Origin: Cereibacter sphaeroides 2.4.1
GTDB lineage: Bacteria > Pseudomonadota > Alphaproteobacteria > Rhodobacterales > Rhodobacteraceae
NCBI RefSeq assembly: GCF_000012905.2
Contig: NC_007493.2
Location: 3,120,001-3,152,000 of the forward strand
Direction: 5' to 3'
DNA length: 32,000 nucleotides
Position numbers and translations under genes: made by a program. The number at the start of each line of letters is the position of its first letter. Positions within the stretch are counted from its first letter, which is position 1. A model generated the notes under the pieces. The model was not told the origin of the DNA and made no database searches. It worked only from the letters and a program-made list of their open reading frames with translations. Shown one piece after another: positions 27,591-32,000 of the stretch.

Positions 27591-28510
27591 GGCCCGGCTG
27601 GATCGCCGCCGACTGGGGCACGAGCCGCCTGCGCGTCTGGGCGATGGGGGCGGAGGGCGTGCTGGCCGAGGCCCGGTCGGACGAGGGCATGGGGCAGATC
27701 GCTGTGGGCGGGTTCGAGGCGGCGCTCCTGCGGCTGATCGGCCTCTGGCTTAGCGACGGGCCTGCGGTGCAAGTCGTAATCTGCGGCATGGCCGGCGCGC
27801 GGCAGGGCTGGCAGGAAGTGCCCTACCGCAGGCTGCCCTGCGCGCCGGTCGATCCGCAGGCGCTGGTGCCGGTGCCGTCGGAGGATCCGCGGATCGCCGT
27901 CCGCATCGTGCCGGGGCTCGCGCAGGCGAAGCCCGCCGATGTGATGCGCGGCGAGGAGACGCAGATCGCGGGCGCGCTGGCGCTGCTCGGATCGTTCGAC
28001 GGGGTGATCTGCCTTCCCGGCACCCATTCCAAATGGGCGCAGGTCTCGGCCGGCGAGGTGGTGAGCTTCCGCAGCTTCCTGACCGGAGAGCTTTTCGCCC
28101 TTCTTTCGGAGCGCTCGGTGCTGCGCCACGGGCTTGCCGCCGAGGGCTGGGACGACGAGGCCTTCCTCGCCGCCGTGTCGGACGGCATGTCCCACCCCCA
28201 GAAACTCGGCGCAAAGCTCTTCGGCCTCCGGGCCGAGGCTTTGTTGCAGGACCTGCCTCCCGCCACGGCGCGGGCGCGGCTGTCGGGGCTGCTGATCGGG
28301 CTCGAGCTCGTGGGCGCGCGCAGCTACTGGCTGGGCCAGCCGGTCGTGCTGGTGGGCGAGGAGGCGCTCGCCGCCCGCTATGGCGCAGCGCTTGCCGCGC
28401 AGGGCGTGCAGGCGCGCCTTCTCCCGGCCGCGGCCTGCACGCTGGGCGGGCTCGCCGCCGCCGTGGGTCAGCTGACGCTGGCATCCTCCGGAGCGGGCAG
28501 GAAGGCATAG
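27587..28510 (+). CDS. dgoK: 2-dehydro-3-deoxygalactonokinase DgoK, 307 aa
   Basis: Collinear with E. coli DgoK landmarks: IAADWGTSRLRVW, GMAGARQGW, VMRGEETQIAG, LPGTHSKWAQV, TGELFALL and LSGLLIGLE. Confidence 0.88.
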   Translation: MRPGWIAADWGTSRLRVWAMGAEGVLAEARSDEGMGQIAVGGFEAALLRLIGLWLSDGPAVQVVICGMAGARQGWQEVPYRRLPCAPVDPQALVPVPSEDPRIAVRIVPGLAQAKPADVMRGEETQIAGALALLGSFDGVICLPGTHSKWAQVSAGEVVSFRSFLTGELFALLSERSVLRHGLAAEGWDDEAFLAAVSDGMSHPQKLGAKLFGLRAEALLQDLPPATARARLSGLLIGLELVGARSYWLGQPVVLVGEEALAARYGAALAAQGVQARLLPAAACTLGGLAAAVGQLTLASSGAGRKA

Positions 28511-30078
28511 CCGTTCGCCCCGAGGGTAAGGCGGTCGCCCTCGAGCACGGCGGCCTGTGCCGGGCCGATCAGCCCGCCATGGCCCGGCAGGGTCGCCGAG
28601 ACCGGCTCGATGCCGAGGTTGAAGAAGCAGGCGAGCGACTGGCCGTCGAGCGTCCGGGTGAAGCCCAGCATCGGCTCCGGCAGGTCGAAGAACCGGCTGC
28701 GGCCGCGGATCAGCGCGGGCTGGCTCCGGCGGAACTGCAGGAGCGCCCGGTAGGTCTCCAGCAGCGAGCCGGGGATGCCCTTCTGCGACGCCACGTTGCG
28801 CGCCAGCTGCGGCGGCTTCACCGGAAGCCACGGCGTGCCGGTGGTGAAGCCGCCCGCGGGCCCGTCGTCCCAGACCATCGGCGTGCGGCAGCCGTCGCGC
28901 CCTTTCTCCTCGGGCCAGAACCGGAGGCCCGGCGGATCGGTCAGCTCCTCATAGAGCAGCTCGGTCTCTGTCTGGCCCAGCTCCTCGCCCTGATAGAGAC
29001 TGACCGAGCCCTCGAAGGACAGGAGCATGGCCGCCGCGAGCCGCGCCACATCGTCCTCGGCCCCGTGGCCGGCCCAGCGCGTCGCATGGCGCACCACATC
29101 GTGGTTGGAAAAGGCCCAGCAGGGCCAGCCCTGCGGTGCGGTGGCGAAGAACTCCTCGATCCGGCTGCGGAAATGCCCGGCGGTGAAGGTGCGCGAGAGC
29201 ATCTCGAACGTGTAGGCCATGTGCAGCCGGTCGGTCCCGCTGGTATATTCGGCCATGATCGCAAGGCCGCGCAGCCCGTCGGCCACCTCGCCGACCATCG
29301 CCCTGTCCGGGTAGTCGTCGAGCAGCTTCCGCATCCTGAGGAGGAAGGCGATATTCTCGATCCGCGACTTCGAGAAGGCATGGTCCTGCATGTCGTAGGC
29401 ATTGACCGGCGGGATCGGCCCGTTCTGCGGGTTCGGCCGGTTCGACCTGAGCTCGGCGTCATGGAAGTAGAAGTTCACCGTGTCGAGACGGAAGCCGTCC
29501 ACGCCCCGATCAAGCCAGAAGCGCATCTGGTCGAGCAGCCAGTCCTGCACCTCGGGATTGTGGAAGTTGAAGTCGGGCTGCGAGATCAGGAAGTTGTGCA
29601 GGTAATACTGCCGCCGCTGCGCATCCCATTCCCAGGCCGAGCCGCCGAAGACCGACAGCCAGTTGTTCGGCGGGCTGCCGTCGGGCTGCGCGTCGGCCCA
29701 GACATACCAGTCGGCCTTGGGATTGTCGCGGCTCCGCCGGCTCTCGCGGAAGAACGGATGGGCCGAGGAGGAATGGCTGAGCACCTGGTCGATGATGACC
29801 TTCAGCCCAAGCTCGTGCGCGCGAGCGAGGAGCGCGTCGAAATCCTCCATCGAGCCGAAGAGCGGGTGGATGGCGGTGTAGTCCGACACGTCGTAGCCCA
29901 TGTCCTCCATGGGCGAGGGAAAGATCGGCGAGAGCCAGATCGCATCGGCCCCGAGCCAGGCCACATGGTCGAGCCGCTCGATGATGCCGCGCAGGTCGCC
30001 CACGCCGTCGCCGTCGGAATCCTGAAACGAGCGGGGATAGATCTGATAGGTCACCGACCCGCGCCACCAGTCCGACAT
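28468..30078 (-). CDS. GH13 alpha-glucosidase (oligo-1,6-glucosidase / AglA-like), 536 aa
   Basis: N-terminus WWRGSVTYQIYPRSFQDSDGDGVGDLRGI, then GVDGFRLDTVNF (nucleophile region), GEV and FSNHD motifs. Confidence 0.9.
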   Translation of the reverse strand: MSDWWRGSVTYQIYPRSFQDSDGDGVGDLRGIIERLDHVAWLGADAIWLSPIFPSPMEDMGYDVSDYTAIHPLFGSMEDFDALLARAHELGLKVIIDQVLSHSSSAHPFFRESRRSRDNPKADWYVWADAQPDGSPPNNWLSVFGGSAWEWDAQRRQYYLHNFLISQPDFNFHNPEVQDWLLDQMRFWLDRGVDGFRLDTVNFYFHDAELRSNRPNPQNGPIPPVNAYDMQDHAFSKSRIENIAFLLRMRKLLDDYPDRAMVGEVADGLRGLAIMAEYTSGTDRLHMAYTFEMLSRTFTAGHFRSRIEEFFATAPQGWPCWAFSNHDVVRHATRWAGHGAEDDVARLAAAMLLSFEGSVSLYQGEELGQTETELLYEELTDPPGLRFWPEEKGRDGCRTPMVWDDGPAGGFTTGTPWLPVKPPQLARNVASQKGIPGSLLETYRALLQFRRSQPALIRGRSRFFDLPEPMLGFTRTLDGQSLACFFNLGIEPVSATLPGHGGLIGPAQAAVLEGDRLTLGANGYAFLPAPEDASVS

Positions 30079-30538
30079 GCTGCCTCCTCGTCCTCTTGCC
30101 TCCCCCCATCAAGCGACAGCCCGCGGCAGCGGTTCCCCTCCGACAGGCCTCCGCACCTTGCCGGCGGCCTGTCGGGCGGTCCGTTTCCTGTCCATCCAAA
30201 GCCACGCCAGTCTCCTCCCGATGCCAGTCCTGGCTGGTGCTGCCTTCGGAGGCCCGGGGCAGACGGATCCGACGAAGCCTTCCAGCGCGACAGGGATGGG
30301 GTGCGGTCCCGAACCCGCATCGGCGATCCGGCAGAAGAAGACCTGCGGACGATGCGCGCGCTGTGGCCGCCTTCCCCTGAAGATGGGCTCTGCCTCGCCC
30401 CCGCCGCCCGAGGCGGCGGGGTTGCCCGGCGAGGTCTCATAACGGATCCTGACACGAAACATCAGAAAATACCGTTTGACGCGGCGACATGGGCCGGAGC
30501 AGGCTCTGCGCCCGCCCTTAAGTCCGCCCGGATCTCCC

Positions 30539-31777
30539 ATGACCAAATCTCCGATCTTCACGCCCGTCCTGATCTCGGGCTGCATCGTCCTGATGCTGGG
30601 CTTTGCGATCCGCGCCAGCTTCGGCGTGTTCCAGATCCCCATCGCCGAGGAGTTCGACTGGCCGCGGTCCGACTTCTCGATGGCCATCGCCATCCAGAAC
30701 CTCGCCTGGGGCATCGGCCAGCCGATCTTCGGGATGCTGGCCGAGAAGTTCGGCGACCGCCGGGCCATCGTCGCGGGCGCGCTGACCTATGCGGCGGGTC
30801 TCGTGCTCTCGAGCTTCGCCGTGACGCCGCTCCAGCATCAGTTCCTCGAGGTGCTGGTGGGGTTCGGGATCGCGGGCACGGGCTTCGGCGTGATCCTTGC
30901 GGTGGTGGGACGGGCCACGGCGCCGGAGCATCGCTCGCTGGCGCTCGGCATCGCCACGGCTGCGGGGTCGGCGGGGCAGGTCTTCGGGGCGCCCGCGGCC
31001 GAGATCCTGCTGGGCTTCTACAGCTGGCAGACAGTGTTCGTGATCTTCGCGGGCGTCATCCTTGCCGCGCTCTTTGCGCTGCCCTTCATGCGTGCGCCGG
31101 TCACCGCGACGAAGGCCGAGCTCGAGGAGTCGCTCGGCACGGTGCTCAGACGGGCCTTCCGCGATCCGTCCTATACGCTGATCTTCGTGGGCTTCTTCTC
31201 CTGCGGCTATCAGCTGGCCTTCATCACCGCGCACTTCCCCGCCTTCGTGACGGAGATGTGCGGGGCGATCGATCCGCGCGGCCCGCTGGCGGCGCTGGGG
31301 ATCACCACCACCTCGGCGCTGGGCGCACTGGCGATCTCGCTGATCGGGCTGGCCAACATCGTGGGCACGATCACCGCAGGCTGGCTCGGCAAGCGCTACT
31401 CGAAGAAATATCTGCTGGCCGCGATCTACACCGGGCGCACGCTGGCGGCCGCGCTCTTCATCCTCGTGCCGATGACGCCCACCACGGTCCTTCTCTTCTC
31501 CCTCAGCATGGGCGCGCTCTGGCTCGCGACCGTGCCGCTCACGAGCGGGCTCGTGGCCCATCTCTACGGTCTGCGCTACATGGGCACGCTCTACGGGTTC
31601 GTCTTCCTCAGCCACCAGCTCGGCAGCTTCATGGGTGTCTGGCTGGGCGGGCGGATGTATGACATGACCGGCGACTATACGATGGTCTGGTGGATCGGCG
31701 TGGGTGTCGGCGCCTTCTCAGCCATCGTTCACCTGCCCATCCGCGAGACCCGCAGCCCCGCGCTGCAGCCGGCCTGA
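30539..31777 (+). CDS. MFS transporter (OFA/YhjX-like), 412 aa
   Basis: About 12 predicted TM helices. The start was trimmed to MTKSPIFTPVLISG (ATG 30539). Substrate unknown. Confidence 0.75.
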   Translation: MTKSPIFTPVLISGCIVLMLGFAIRASFGVFQIPIAEEFDWPRSDFSMAIAIQNLAWGIGQPIFGMLAEKFGDRRAIVAGALTYAAGLVLSSFAVTPLQHQFLEVLVGFGIAGTGFGVILAVVGRATAPEHRSLALGIATAAGSAGQVFGAPAAEILLGFYSWQTVFVIFAGVILAALFALPFMRAPVTATKAELEESLGTVLRRAFRDPSYTLIFVGFFSCGYQLAFITAHFPAFVTEMCGAIDPRGPLAALGITTTSALGALAISLIGLANIVGTITAGWLGKRYSKKYLLAAIYTGRTLAAALFILVPMTPTTVLLFSLSMGALWLATVPLTSGLVAHLYGLRYMGTLYGFVFLSHQLGSFMGVWLGGRMYDMTGDYTMVWWIGVGVGAFSAIVHLPIRETRSPALQPA

Positions 31778-31869
31778 CCGGCTGCCATCCGCGAAGCGCG
31801 AACGGCACGGACTCTTGCCCTGTCCGCGGCGGCGGATATACCTCGGACCCGCGAGCGGGAGGAGACGTG

Positions 31870-32000
31870 ATGCGCGCCGGGATTGCCTGCCTCGTGCTGG
31901 CCTATGTGCTGAGCCAGTTCTACCGCGCCTTCCTCGCGGTGCTCGCCCCCACGCTGAAGGCCGAGCTCGGAGTTTCGGCCGAGGATCTGGCGGCCGCCTC
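31870..32000 (+). CDS. MFS-like membrane protein, N-terminal fragment running off the window
   Basis: The ATG at 31870 is preceded by GGGAGGAG. The translation is MRAGIACLVLAYVLSQFYRAFLAVLAPTLKAELGVSAEDLAAA, and GC3 is high. It is not in the track because no stop falls inside the window. Confidence 0.55.
   Translation, partial: MRAGIACLVLAYVLSQFYRAFLAVLAPTLKAELGVSAEDLAAA

Noticed and set aside
30285-30350. Partial resemblance to a cobalamin riboswitch core on the plus strand (AGGGAT..GGTGCGGTCCC..CCCGCATCGG..GAAGACCTGCGG).
   Set aside because: The essential GCCACTG element and the GGGAAGGC segment are missing. I could not find a P1 partner for GACCTGCGG. The neighbouring genes (glucosidase, MFS) are not typical B12-regulated targets. 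A cmsearch with RF00174 would settle it.
30077-30442. A 121-aa plus-strand ORF in the long spacer with a CxxCxxC stretch (KKTCGRCARCGR).
   Set aside because: Its codon-position GC is wrong for a gene here. The second position is as GC-rich as the third, and GC3 is about 75% against about 90% in real genes. The product is Pro/Ala/Gly/Ser-rich, there is no SD, and it begins at the glucosidase start codon region.

Overview
High-GC (about 68%) alphaproteobacterial chromosome, Rhodobacterales-like by protein content (inference). Nearly the whole window is ordinary core-genome coding sequence. I support 24 protein genes. In order they are: divergent serB and serC-serA (the complete phosphoserine pathway), a PPP-type metallophosphatase, a thiolase, the envelope pair alpha-2-macroglobulin/pbpC, a cytoplasmic hybrid histidine kinase, yggT-recQ-yaaA, a hotdog thioesterase, a translationally coupled MFS(UMF1)-mepA-phytase-like block, yhhQ, arfB, pncA-pncB (NAD salvage), SDR-dgoK, a GH13 alpha-glucosidase and two MFS transporters. 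I saw no integrase, transposase, CRISPR array, toxin-antitoxin pair, tRNA or rRNA gene, and no recognisable defence gene. The many very long extra ORFs in the track are antisense or off-frame shadows typical of high-GC DNA. The one region that stands out is the 280-bp spacer between yhhQ and arfB (24003-24281). It is about 52% GC and holds four linked elements. First, a 17-nt perfect complement of the 16S rRNA 3' terminus. Second, an 18-codon uORF rich in rare codons starting 7 nt after that element's GGAGG core. Third, 100 nt downstream, an imperfect copy of the 16S 3' tail that can pair with the 'super-SD'. Fourth, two strong hairpins, one terminator-like, directly in front of the ribosome-rescue gene arfB. 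I propose this as a candidate, apparently undescribed, ribosome-sensing leader or attenuator; that is inference only. The second-best candidate is a preQ1-I-like H-type pseudoknot over the yhhQ SD. Start codons were chosen by SD and N-terminal plausibility and are less certain than stops.
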